A program made the position numbers and the translations under genes. Positions 24,950 through 35,387 of a stretch of DNA of 64,000 bases are shown here, one piece after another. Each line of letters begins with the position of its first letter. The first letter of the stretch is position 1. The notes under the pieces are model-generated. The model saw only the letters and a program-made list of their open reading frames with translations. It ran no database searches and was not told the DNA's origin. Source of the stretch: Lepidodermella squamata (lineage: Eukaryota > Animalia > Gastrotricha); NCBI GenBank assembly GCA_047495785.1, contig JBLDXI010000042.1:4340001-4404000 (forward strand), given 5' to 3'.

Positions 24950-25050
24950 TAACCCTAACCCTAACCTTAACGCCGAGCCTTAACGAAGCCCTTACCCGAA
25001 CCCTAACTCGAACCCTAATCCTAACCCGAACCCTGACACCTAAGCCTAAC
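24950..25050. repeat. Degenerate interstitial telomere-like (CCCTAA)n repeat
   Basis: taaccctaaccctaacc followed by degenerate hexamers (cccgaa, cctgac, gcctaa). It produces the spurious VRVRVR ORF. Confidence 0.75.
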
Positions 25051-26573
25051 CTTTCTCCCCAATTCCTAATGATCGTTTTGCCAAAAAAACCCCAAAATTT
25101 TATAGAAAAATATCTATTTAAAAGGTTAAAATTCATAAATATAGAAATATAGAAAGAACACTTTGTATTTTATTTGAAAATGTGCCCGGGGTTGTACAAA
25201 TTTATTAAACAATATGATAATTTTCTCGACTTGAATCGCGAGTCAACTCCTGCTGATTCATATTAAATTTTCATCGATGACTAATATAACACTCCAATAT
25301 GATTCACAGTTTTATAAGCACCCGTATAATAGTGAGGTACATTTTCCAAGTTACGCATAAAACGCAAAATTTATCTCCTGTACAATTATTTTTTCACCGA
25401 AATGTTTGCTGTCTTCATTCCAGTGTTATCTGTTCGGTCACTTCCATGGAATAACTTCGCGATATCCGCTGTAGACAACCTGTCGTATAAATAGAACATG
25501 AAAAGCTAGCTGTAGAATAGCAGTATAGGAGTGTTTTTACTATAGAAAATACTGCCCGCCGTTACGCCATTGAGCTAAAAAACTCTTATCTTCAACCAGT
25601 TTGCTTTTACCTAGCCCTTTAAAGTACATTGTTGTCGTAATGCGCGTGAAACGTGTCGTAGTAAAATGCCGTGAAATTTCGCGGAAACGCGTTGTAGGCG
25701 GATTCTGTAGATCTATGTGAATATTTCCTGTTATAAAGCGGAAAGTAATTAAGTACTAGCTTCATGCAATTTATGATACTTTTATTCAACCAATTTTATT
25801 TGTCGAAAATTGTCTATTTCAACTAATTCTTGCCGAATTATAACTGACCGGATGCTTCCTCAAATTAATTTATCTTTATATAAGCACTTGTTTTATTTTG
25901 TAAAAATTAATCGATTTTATTTCACGCTGCGATATATTGCCATATGTTATTGGGCTAAATTTGGCGCGCAATAGCGGTGATTAGTCACGATTTTTGTCGC
26001 ATCGGTGACGTCACGGTCATTGAGTTCCGCTCAGCATATGCTTCTTCACGGATGAGTGTCTCGTTGCTTTTTATACAAGTATTAGCACGTGATGTGAACA
26101 AAATTACGTCACTCGCTATGATTAGCGTGAATTTTCAAGTGGCCACCAGGTGACCGGTGGAAATCCTAAAAAAGGTACCAGCTGCTTATCTCGCACCTGG
26201 TTTCTACTTGTACTCGGAAGTCATTTAGATTCTTGGGAATTAAGGCCATTAGGCTGCTTTTCACACGCATTTCACGGCTATTCATAGCCCAAATTAATTA
26301 AGGTGGAAAATTTTCTATTTTATCTTTCAGGATCCCAATCAGAAACCCGATCATCCAGATCCTATATCCTATCGACTTTTTTTAAAAAATTTTATGATTT
26401 TTTAATTGTAATTAGCAAATAATCTTGAAATTTTTTATTTAATTTTCCTATTTTTTCTTTAGAGTTTTAAAAGGTAAAAATTTTGTCGGAAAATTGACAT
26501 AAGCTTCAAAGCTGACGATATCGCCTGGCGTTATCCCGTTCAATTCATACTAAAGCAACTACCTATCATTATC

Positions 26574-27803
26574 ATGTCAACAACGAGTGAAGTTTCGTCA
26601 CACATGAGCGACTTTGCCCACTACAACAGCGACAGCGAATCTTACCAAAGCAGCTACAACTACAGCAGCAACAGCAGAGTAGCTATGGCTACGGCAGTCG
26701 CCGGGCAAATCTACCCGCTGCCGGCGTCGAATGCCACCTTCGGCAGCCCGCTATTCAGCAACAACAGCCAGGGTGCGTACGAAAACGTGAAGGACGTTAT
26801 CGATCAGTACCAGGCGTTGTTGCGGCACCTTTACTACGCGCAGTTTCCGCAAATGAGAGAAACCAGCCCGCCGCCATCGCTTTCGACCCGTTTGGACTTC
26901 TTGTGGGTTGGCTTTTCCGAGGAGCTTTTCCAACTTTTGGACAATCAGTTCGGATTTCGCTGGCGATTGGTCTTGTGCGCTGATCTAGTTTCGGACACTG
27001 ACGGCGTTCGCGTCCCCGCCACCTTCCCAATTGGATATGAAAAACTGGCCTACGGCACCGAGAACGTGTTCTTAACCTCAAACGATTCGGTATTCGCCTA
27101 CTCTGAGAAGGCCAAGGTTCGATTTCGTTGCGAGGGCTGCAATAAAGCGTGGACTTCCATGCGCGGACCTGTCGACTTCCGCTTTGTCCCACTTCCGGAC
27201 AACTCGCGCGAAGGCGTCGTGTTTTTCCACCTCTATAACCAAAAGTGCCAGGGCTGTCTGAAAGAGGTCAATGTTCTCTGGTTTGACGATGAAATCGTTC
27301 GAGTAAGTCATAATTTAAAAAAAAATTAAAAATTAAAATTTGAATTTTGAAATTTTTTTGAAAATTTAATTTGAAATTGTTGAAATTTTCTTGAAATTAT
27401 TTGAACTTTTTATTTATGTTCAATTTTTATATTGCAGGTTCTCATCAATCTGTATCATTACATGGCTCGGACAATTTTCAACGCCCGATGGGTTCAGCCG
27501 CCTCTCAAGGAGCTTCCCAAATGCGGCCGTTCCGGCAGTCCGAAACAGGGTCACCTGAAGCAGTTGTGCGAGGCGTGCCGCGAGGGTGGCTGCAAAAATC
27601 GCACACTTTCCGCCGCCAGCTCGCGTCTCCCGTCCCGCTCGTCGACCCCGACGCCGGTAATGCCGCTAAAAAACAGCCAAAACCTTTCAACTGGCAGTAT
27701 GACTACGGATCAATTTTTCGCGAACTACGAGAAAAATCTGTCGAGCAACGACGGCAATAACCGACGGGGCCGCGGCTCAAAACCTCGCAACTTTCGCGAT
27801 TGA
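26574..27803 (+). CDS. zf-3CxxC (receptor-transporting protein, RTP-like) domain protein, ~364 aa
   Basis: Exons 26574-27302 and 27438-27803. Motifs VRFRCEGCNKAWTS, LYNQKCQGC, GHLKQLCEACREGGC. AATAAA near 27977. Confidence 0.85.
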
Positions 27804-28190
27804 CCTAATAATATGCTTCTAATTCGAAATAACTATCAAAAAACCTTAATGTGTAAATAACTGAAAATATTTTGAAAAAATTTAAAAAAATATTTTGTGT
27901 TAATTTGTGAAAGCAATATGTTGTGTATATATTTCAATGTGAAATCTTAATTTTGTTTACGAAAAATTTTTCGTCAATAAAACCGATAAAAACGAAAACA
28001 GGTGAAAGATTTTTATATCACCCAACTGTTGGTGTTTCCTTTGTCACCCGGAGTAGGTAGATGATGTCTTTTGTGCGCTTGATACTTTCGTGTCATACAA
28101 ATTCTCGTTCTTACGTGGAACTTTTAGCACTTAGCAAAGGCTTGGGATGTGGAATGTAGAACTGATTAGTTAATTCCATAGAGCTAGTTT

Positions 28191-28400
28191 GGCTCTTTCG
28201 GAAATTTTTTGAAAAATTTGAAAAAATCGGTTCATCCATGATGGGAATTTTCTGTCCGGCGATATGAAATCGAGCCTTGAAAAAATCGGAATATCAGACT
28301 AAAAAATTTACCTGACAAATTTTATATCGTCGGATAGAGAAAATTCGCAACATGGATGAAACGATTTTTTCAAATTTTTCAAACAATTTCCGAAACAGTT
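28191..28400. mobile_element. Palindromic MITE-like element
   Basis: ~90-bp imperfect inverted repeats (tttcggaaattttttgaaaaatttgaaaaaatcggttcatccatg / catggatgaaacgattttttcaaatttttcaaacaatttccgaaa). Confidence 0.7.
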
Positions 28401-28488
28401 AGGGCGTTGGGTGGCATAAATAATAGTGGTCGCGTGCCGCACTCTTTGCAAATTCAGCTCGAATAAATTCACTAGGCGATAAGATCAG

Positions 28489-29200
28489 AGACATAATTCA
28501 GTAGAGATCGCTCACTATTAGCGTGAAGAAGGGTGTACACCATAGGCGCCATATGGTCAGCTGATTCATCAGAGGCCTGGATGTCACCTACCGGGGAACG
28601 GTACAATTTTGAAAACAAAAAGGTACAACTTTAAAAAAATCCAGAAAATCAATTCAGGTGAATTCTGAGCAAATTTTTACACCGTAAGAACTCCCTTGTC
28701 CTAGGCATAATTGTTGTATTTTTTCCACGGCCAGATCCAGGTAATTCACCTAAGATAAAAGGCTCGAAAGAAAGGTACAATTTTGACAAGCTGGTACAAC
28801 TTTGACAACTCTATGGTAATGCCCCTTTTTAAACTTGGTCATCTAGCGTCAACGGTGATTCATCGTGTGAGTGGTGAAAAATTAGATTATTTGATTTTTA
28901 ATTTTTTTGTAATAAAATGCTGTTTTCAAGGTATTGCTTCGAAACTTCACCAAAAATAAACGAACGGTGCTATAATTCGGGAAGAAAATTCTAGAATTAT
29001 CTACATGAGACAGGCTTCATCGAAATAACATTTGAAAATCGATTAAGAAGTCGATAAGAAGTAGCTGCTGTCAAAATTGTACCTCTAAAATCGCTACTTT
29101 GCAGGTTATTTACCTGGAACTGACTCTTTAGAATTTACTGCTCTCACCTCAATTTTTACCAGCTATGTCACCTATCTGGAACCATCAACAATTTGCCGAA
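28489..29200 (+). mobile_element. Truncated copy of the non-autonomous TIR element at 32791-34722
   Basis: Near-identical to the element at 32793 onward once its two nested insertions are removed. The right TIR is missing. Confidence 0.8.
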
Positions 29201-29528
29201 GGTCAGGTAAAATTCTCAAAATTTTTAAAATCCCTTTCTGAATCTGAATCATCTTCAATTTAAGAATCACTATCCCCACCTTTGGTGAAAATTTCAGAAA
29301 TTTAGGAGCAAAGGCTGATTTTTGATCTCCGAAAAACACGTTTTGTCCAAAGTTACCACTCGTTACGGTAGTGTTTCAATTTTTTCTCGCAAAGAGTAAT
29401 AGGAAAGATAGCTAACCTTAAATGAAAAGTTCGCCTGTTTTGAACATCCTTTCTTGACTATACATCTACACTTAGCCTGTCATTTCTGTTGTTATTGTGC
29501 ATGTATGTAGTCAATAGGTTAAACTTGA

Positions 29529-29767
29529 ATGGAAGAAGCAGGGCGAGTCCGGTTTTTAATTGAGATTCCGCCTCCTTGGGAAGATGGGAGAGTCGCGGCG
29601 TTTTACAATTTCTCAAAACCTAAAGCCCCACAAGCCGCAATGCAGATTTGTTTGAATAAAACGGATAATGCAACGAGCTGTGTGGAAATTGTTAGGAACG
29701 CGATGGCAACTAACGAATTCATTTGGTATGTTTCTGTGTTACCGAGCTGACCTATAATTCTGCGGCT
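29529..29767 (+). pseudogene. Truncated duplicate (exon 1 only) of the orphan gene at 34795-35387
   Basis: Almost the same MEEAGRVRFLIEIPPP...NEFIW sequence. Similarity stops abruptly inside the intron at about 29767. Confidence 0.7.
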
Positions 29768-31210
29768 GCGCGATGCCGCGCGTTTTCGCGTTGTAGCCGC
29801 TCCGCGCACCGCAAGTTCCCCGGCGCGCAACTTCTCCCCCGTAATTCCGCATTTTATCACCGGTGACGACACCTTTGTTAGTGTTTTTCTGATAGCATTT
29901 CAAGCATTTAATATGGCAGCCGGCGTCTTTTTTTCTAAATATGGCTCAATTAGATGTAACCGCTAAGAAGCATTTATTGTGACGTTTTTCGCAGTTCTTG
30001 GGCGTTTAACCCCAGAAACTTTAACCTAAGTGCGGTAATACCTTGCGGAAACAGTGTTTCTAAGTATAGTTATGTATCCTCTACAACATGACCACAGCCT
30101 TTCTTTAGGATGATGGTTATTTTTAGCAAGCTTGCCCGAACAGCCAGTCGGTCTTTCAGAGTAAAGATCTCAATATCACCATGTTCAAGGTGGTCTATGG
30201 CTACAAATCACCCGTCAAAAACACTGCCTCTCGATGTTTTCTTGTAAAGCAGAGTAAATACTTCTTAGCTACCGTGACTTTTTGGGGGGTCACCGCGGTT
30301 TTTCACTTGCTGCTGCTATGGATGCATTCTGTCCAGAAAATGGAGTTTTTCGGTATATACGGAACATTTATGATATTAACAAACAATTCAGCGGTCAAAT
30401 GGGCACTCAAATGAGTGAATCTACTCAGAGACAGAGATAAGTTGACAATAAAACAAGAAAAAGTCGGTGTTGCCATACTAACTCTCGTGAGCAGGATTGA
30501 TCTCCTTCTGCCATACCTGCTGTGTTAGATCTCTACATCTGGTCAGATGAACAATCTTCATGATGGCCCCTAATGATGAAATCTGCTTTATTTGCATTGT
30601 TACTCACTGTTTTCTTGTAGAGCAGAGCGTATATTTCTCAGTTACCATGTCTTTTTGAGGGGTCGTCACCGTGGTTTTTCACGTTTTATGGCTTAGGATG
30701 CATTTAGACGTTGAAATGGAGTTTTTCGGGTTTATCGGAACTTTATTGATGTTAGCAAATCAGGTACGTCAGAAACTTGCCCTATTCCAGCTATTGACAA
30801 GAATTTCAGTACCATGAAGCAATATATATTTAGGGTTTCAATTTTTTCTCTGTTCGTCATCGGTGTTAGGTAGATACGCTATGGCTTTTAGTCTTTAAGG
30901 ATGGAGTTTTTTATATTTTCTAGAAACTCCTACGAATCGTTCCACAATTTTATCTTTATTTATTTGTTCTTTTTTCGCTTTTAGGTTCTTTTTTCGCCTG
31001 AAACTGCCACGTTTTACTGCGCAGTACGACTTGGACATCAACTATTGTTTAACGAGCGCCTCTGGATCAGAACTAGTTACAGCGTCTGGCAGTCCGAGAA
31101 TATATCGGAAGCGCAGGCAAGAACGCATCTTTTTCAAATTCAAACTCAAGTTCAACAGCGTTACGGACAAGTATTTCGCCGACTTCATTGGCAACGATTT
31201 CATCAGCACA

Positions 31211-31618
31211 ATGTCCTCGTATAACAAGAAGCGCAGACTGTCCGCTTATGAAGTCAAGATGCAAAAAGAAATACAATCTATGGATCCTCAAGTCGTGGAA
31301 TCGTATAAAGATCGAGTAAAAGCAAGTGTCACTTGGGAAAAAAGTCTGGAAAAAAAATATGGTGAGAATTCCCTGTCGACAATTTATGGACTACTAGCTC
31401 ATTTTTCGAATGAATATGCCGGACATGGGGATCAAAATTGTTGTTGGGAGTCGTATATGCGCGATGACCGCAGTGGCAAGCTGTTGGGTGAAGCAAAAAG
31501 GGGCTGGGCTTTCAAGAAACGTGTGCTGGAGCTGGAGGAGAAGCATCAGGCGCTTATTTGGGTGACTGGATTGTTTGACGAGGTCGATGTTCCCAAGAAA
31601 TCGAAGAAGTCGTCTTAA
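31211..31618 (+). CDS. Orphan lysine/glutamate-rich protein (135 aa from first ATG; frame open from 31031)
   Basis: Open frame of 195 codons, upstream tttag acceptor near 30984, NLS-like KKRR and KKSKK, AATAAA at 31684. No recognised domain. Confidence 0.5.
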   Translation: MSSYNKKRRLSAYEVKMQKEIQSMDPQVVESYKDRVKASVTWEKSLEKKYGENSLSTIYGLLAHFSNEYAGHGDQNCCWESYMRDDRSGKLLGEAKRGWAFKKRVLELEEKHQALIWVTGLFDEVDVPKKSKKSS

Positions 31619-31769
31619 TTCTATGTGAACATTCCTATCTTTTCTAACATGTCATTGCTATTAGGCAGTTTTTGAAAAGAACAATAAAAAGAACAACAGG
31701 TTATTCTTCTGGTTATAAGTAATTTATATCGCAATGCGTTGAAAGTAGCGTTGTTTAGGTCAACTCAAT

Positions 31770-32702
31770 AATAGACAATAACGCGACAATAACGCTGGAG
31801 ACATGAACGCCGGCGACGTTATAGCCATAATTTAAATATTTTTAAATATATGAACGTCAAATTATCAGCCCTAAAAATGGGCGGTTATGACGCGTGACGA
31901 AAAAATATTTTTCAATCAATTAATGGCGACATGATCGCTCGCGACCTGTACGCACGCGACGTTAACGCCCTTGCCATAAGCCATGAGCCGTGATGCCATC
32001 TTCAAGGCTTTATTCTTGATGCTAAACTAAATCAGAGGTGGAAACAAATTGCGTAAACCGACAGGTAGAAATCGGGTTACACCGGTATGGGTCTGGTTTT
32101 GAGATCAAGGCGGTGGGTCTCGCCAAATACAGTGGCGTACGGTCACTCCAAGCGGTCTCACCCGAGGAATGGCTGCGAGGAAAGGGCCGCATCCGGGCAT
32201 GTGTGAACGACCATTCCAGTGGAGCCACATATCCTAAGCATGCCTAAGGGACCTGCCGATGAGCAGGTCACGGCAACCGAGTAGTGCTTGGCCTCATACG
32301 GGGTCCGAAGGATAGCTATAGGTCAAGCGGGCCCGCCACGTAAACGTTCCAGTGCACCAGGCCCGGTCTTACCAAGAAAATCCAAGTCATCTCATGGGTG
32401 GTAAAAATTCTACCTGTCTCCACCTCTGGTTAGAATTCGATACTTATTTGCTGTTATGTCGCCAGCGATAAAGTCGCTAGCTATAATGTCGTAAATAAAT
32501 ATAGTTCATAATTTAGACAAAGCGCTTCTGTCGCCGTCGGAAGTGTCGCTAGCTAAATTGTCGCCTAAATTAACCAAATTTGGACTAATTTGTCGCGGGC
32601 GAATAAGTCGCCCTAATTTTTGGGCTATAATGTCTTTGGACGTAATTGTCGGGGCGCAAAGTATACGGACGCAAAAGTCGCGCACGGATTTGTCGCCACA
32701 CC
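31770..32702. mobile_element. Degenerate foldback-type element with GCGACA/TGTCGC subterminal repeats
   Basis: The left part has repeated gcgaca/gcgacg motifs. The right part (32455-32702) has many inverted tgtcgc/agtcgc motifs and ends gtcgccacacc. Confidence 0.5.
32027..32433 (+). ncRNA. Candidate structured RNA or self-complementary insert of unknown class
   Basis: The ends pair (aatcagaggtgga..gacaggtagaa / ttctacctgtctccacctctggtt). There are many internal stems, several with G-U-compatible mismatches on the + strand. It is GC-rich relative to its flanks. Confidence 0.4.
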
Positions 32703-33204
32703 TAAATGAATTAAAAAATTATTTTATATAACGACTTTATATTCCGGTATTACTATACTACTATCGTGACACAGCAGTGTAGCCAAGATCCATAGACATA
32801 ATTCAGTAGAGATCGCCCACTATTAGCGTGAAAAAGGGTGTACACCATAGGCGCCAGATGGTCAGCTGATTCATCAGAGGCCTAGATGTCACCTACCGGG
32901 GAACGGTACAATTTTGAAAACAAAAAGGTACAACTTTGTAAAAAATTCCAGAAAATCAATTCAGGTGAATTCTGAGCAAATTTTTACACCGTAAGAACTC
33001 CCTTGTCCTAGGCATAATTGTTGTATTTTTTCCACGGCCTGATCCAGGTAATTCACCTAAGATAAAAGGCTCGAAAGAAAGGTACACTTTTGACAAGCTG
33101 GTACAAGTTTGACAACTCTATGGTAATGTCCCTTTTTAAACTTGGTCATCTAGCGTCAACGGTGATTCATCGTATGTGAGTGGTGAAAAATTAGATTATT
33201 TATT

Positions 33205-33581
33205 GGGTCCCCCACAGAGCAGCAGGCTTCAAAGCAGGGAAAACGCACTAAACAGTCCTCTCAGCAGGCGCTCAGGCTTAGCCTCTGATTTTCAACCAAT
33301 GGACTAACATGATGGTCAGCTAACCTAGCTTTTCACACCAAAAATTGAGGAACATAAGTCATCAAAACTCCGTAATGTAACTCAGACCTCACTTTGGTCG
33401 AAAAAGTCGTTTTTCGAAATTTTTTCAAAATTCATAAGCCGGACTACTAAAGTTATGATGAGTCCATATTCAGAAAACTACGCCGAATTTTATCGTAATT
33501 AATTCGATTTATTGTTGCGTGGCGTTTGCACCGCTTTTTGAGATTATCCTGCTTTGAAGCCTGCTGCTCTGTAGGGGACCC
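33205..33581. mobile_element. Nested MITE, ~35-bp TIR (GGGTCCCC...GGGGACCC), flanked by tatttatt direct repeat
   Basis: Absent at the matching position (~28890) of the other copy. TIR gggtcccccacagagcagcaggcttcaaagcagg and its reverse complement. Confidence 0.88.
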
Positions 33582-33700
33582 TATTTATTTGATTTTTGAT
33601 TTTTTTTGTAATAAAATGCTGTTTTCAAGGTATTGCTTCGAAACTTCAGCAAAAATAAACGAACGGTGCTATAATTCGGGAAGAAAATTCTAGAATTATC

Positions 33701-34087
33701 CATGAGACGTACTATAGGACGCCGCGGCTTGCTGAGCATCAGAAAAAGCGTGATATTTTTAATGAGGTCCAAAGTCCAACTCGACCAATGAATCATCTCA
33801 TTGCACTTTTTGCAATCATCTCAAGCCTCTTTTTTGCTTAAGATAAACGAGATCAACACATCTTTACACAGCGTCACGCCGATCTTTTGCTGTAAAAGAA
33901 TTCTCATCAGTTTTTAATTATTGACATTTAAAAAATTAAAATCTTATAAATTAAAATTTCATTAATTTCGAAATTACTGGACTAAACTTTAATTCGTATG
34001 CACATTCCGATATGCACAGTCCGCGGCCTTCAAGAGGCCCATGTAACGGGAGCTTCGAAGCCGCGGCGTCCTATAGTACGTCTCATG
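33701..34087. mobile_element. Nested MITE, 30-bp perfect TIR, 8-bp TSD gaattatc (hAT-like signature)
   Basis: catgagacgtactataggacgccgcggctt / aagccgcggcgtcctatagtacgtctcatg. gaattatc occurs at 33693-33700 and 34088-34095, and only once at the empty site (~28994). Confidence 0.9.
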
Positions 34088-34794
34088 GAATTATCTACAT
34101 GAGACAGGCTTCATCATGGCTTCATCGAAATAACATTATTTGAAAATCGATTAAGAAGTCGATAAGTAGCTGCTGTCAAAATTGTACCTCTAAAATCGCT
34201 ACTTTGCAGGTTATTTACCTGGAACTGACTCTTTAGAATTTACTGCTCTCACCTCAATTATTACCAGCTAAACGCCAGCTTTTTTTTGGTATGACAAATT
34301 CAATCTAAAACCCCCCAGGTGAAGAGATCCAGATAGGTGATTTTAGGATTTTCGAGGGTTCGATTGCAAAAATCAGCAGTCAATAATGGAATCGAATTCG
34401 GGAAAACAAAATCGATACTCTTATTCTACAGGAGCCAAGGGATTTGTTAGACATTTTTCTAGAATTTTAGGAAGTCAACCGCAGGTAGGCCATTAGGTAG
34501 AAAACAAGTTGTGACACTTGTACTTGTCAAAATTGTACCTCTCCCCGGTATCTGGAACCATCAACAATAATTGGAAAATTTTTAAACTGTGATCGGAACC
34601 AACAATAAAAGAATCGATTCTTTTGTTTACTTGGCCTCCAAGATGAATCAGCTGACCATCTGGCGCCCATGGTGTACACACTTTTTCACGCTAGTGGGCG
34701 ATCTCTACTGAACTATGTCTATGGGTAAGATCTACACTTAGCCTGTCGTGTCTGTTGTTATTGTACATGTATGTTGTCAATAGGTTGAACTTGA

Positions 34795-35387
34795 ATGGAA
34801 GAAGCAGGGCGAGTCCGTTTTTTAATCGAGATTCCACCTCCTTGTGAAGATGGGAGAGTCGCGACGTTTGTGTTTTACAATTTCTCAAAACCTAAAGCTC
34901 CACAAGCCGCAATGCAGATTTGTTTGAATAAAACGGATAATGCAACGAGCTGTGTGGAAATTGTTAGGAACGCGATGGCAACTAACGAATTCATTTGGTA
35001 TGTTTCTGTGTTACCGTGCTGCCCTATAATTCTGCGGCTTTTCTCTACAACGCCAGGCTATGCGCTGATAATGGCTTTGTTCGAAGTGTTCGACCAGCTG
35101 TAGATTTTTCAAACTGGACTTTTATTGACGATAGCCACTGGACGCTGACAACTTCTCGAAATTACCCTCACCTTATTGGCATTCCATTCACTGTTCATCT
35201 TGACGATAGCATCTATGCGTTGGTAGATGGGAAGTCGCGCACGGTTTTGCAGTATTCCAGTGACAAGGCATTGCTCACGAAGAAGTCTTTTTGGCTTGAT
35301 GAACAAGGAAACCCAGACACGGACGTGGTGAGGCTGAAGGACGTGAAGTTGGATGGAGACCCAAGTTCTAGTTCCAGACACCATTGA
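34795..35387 (+). CDS. Orphan two-exon gene or 3' gene fragment, ~177 aa
   Basis: Exons 34795-34997 and 35057-35387 are joined in frame by a 59-nt GT-AG intron. There is an acceptor 11 nt before the ATG and AATAAA at ~35409. Confidence 0.55.

Larger units (their letters stand above)
32791..34722. mobile_element. Non-autonomous DNA transposon with ~90-bp TIRs (CATAGACATA...TATGTCTATG) carrying two nested MITEs
   Basis: catagacataattcagtagagatcgcccac...ggtcagctgattcatc at the left end is mirrored by gatgaatcagctgacc...gtgggcgatctctactgaactatgtctatg at the right end. No transposase ORF. Confidence 0.85.

Noticed and set aside
24924-25136. VRVRVR-repeat ORF
   Set aside because: It is a translation of the telomere-like hexamer repeat.
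32240-32290. Calling the structured element SRP (7SL) RNA or RNase P RNA
   Set aside because: It lacks the SRP helix-8 internal loop with GNRA tetraloop and the Alu domain. RNase P CR-I/CR-V-like words on the minus strand mismatch and do not form a proper P4.
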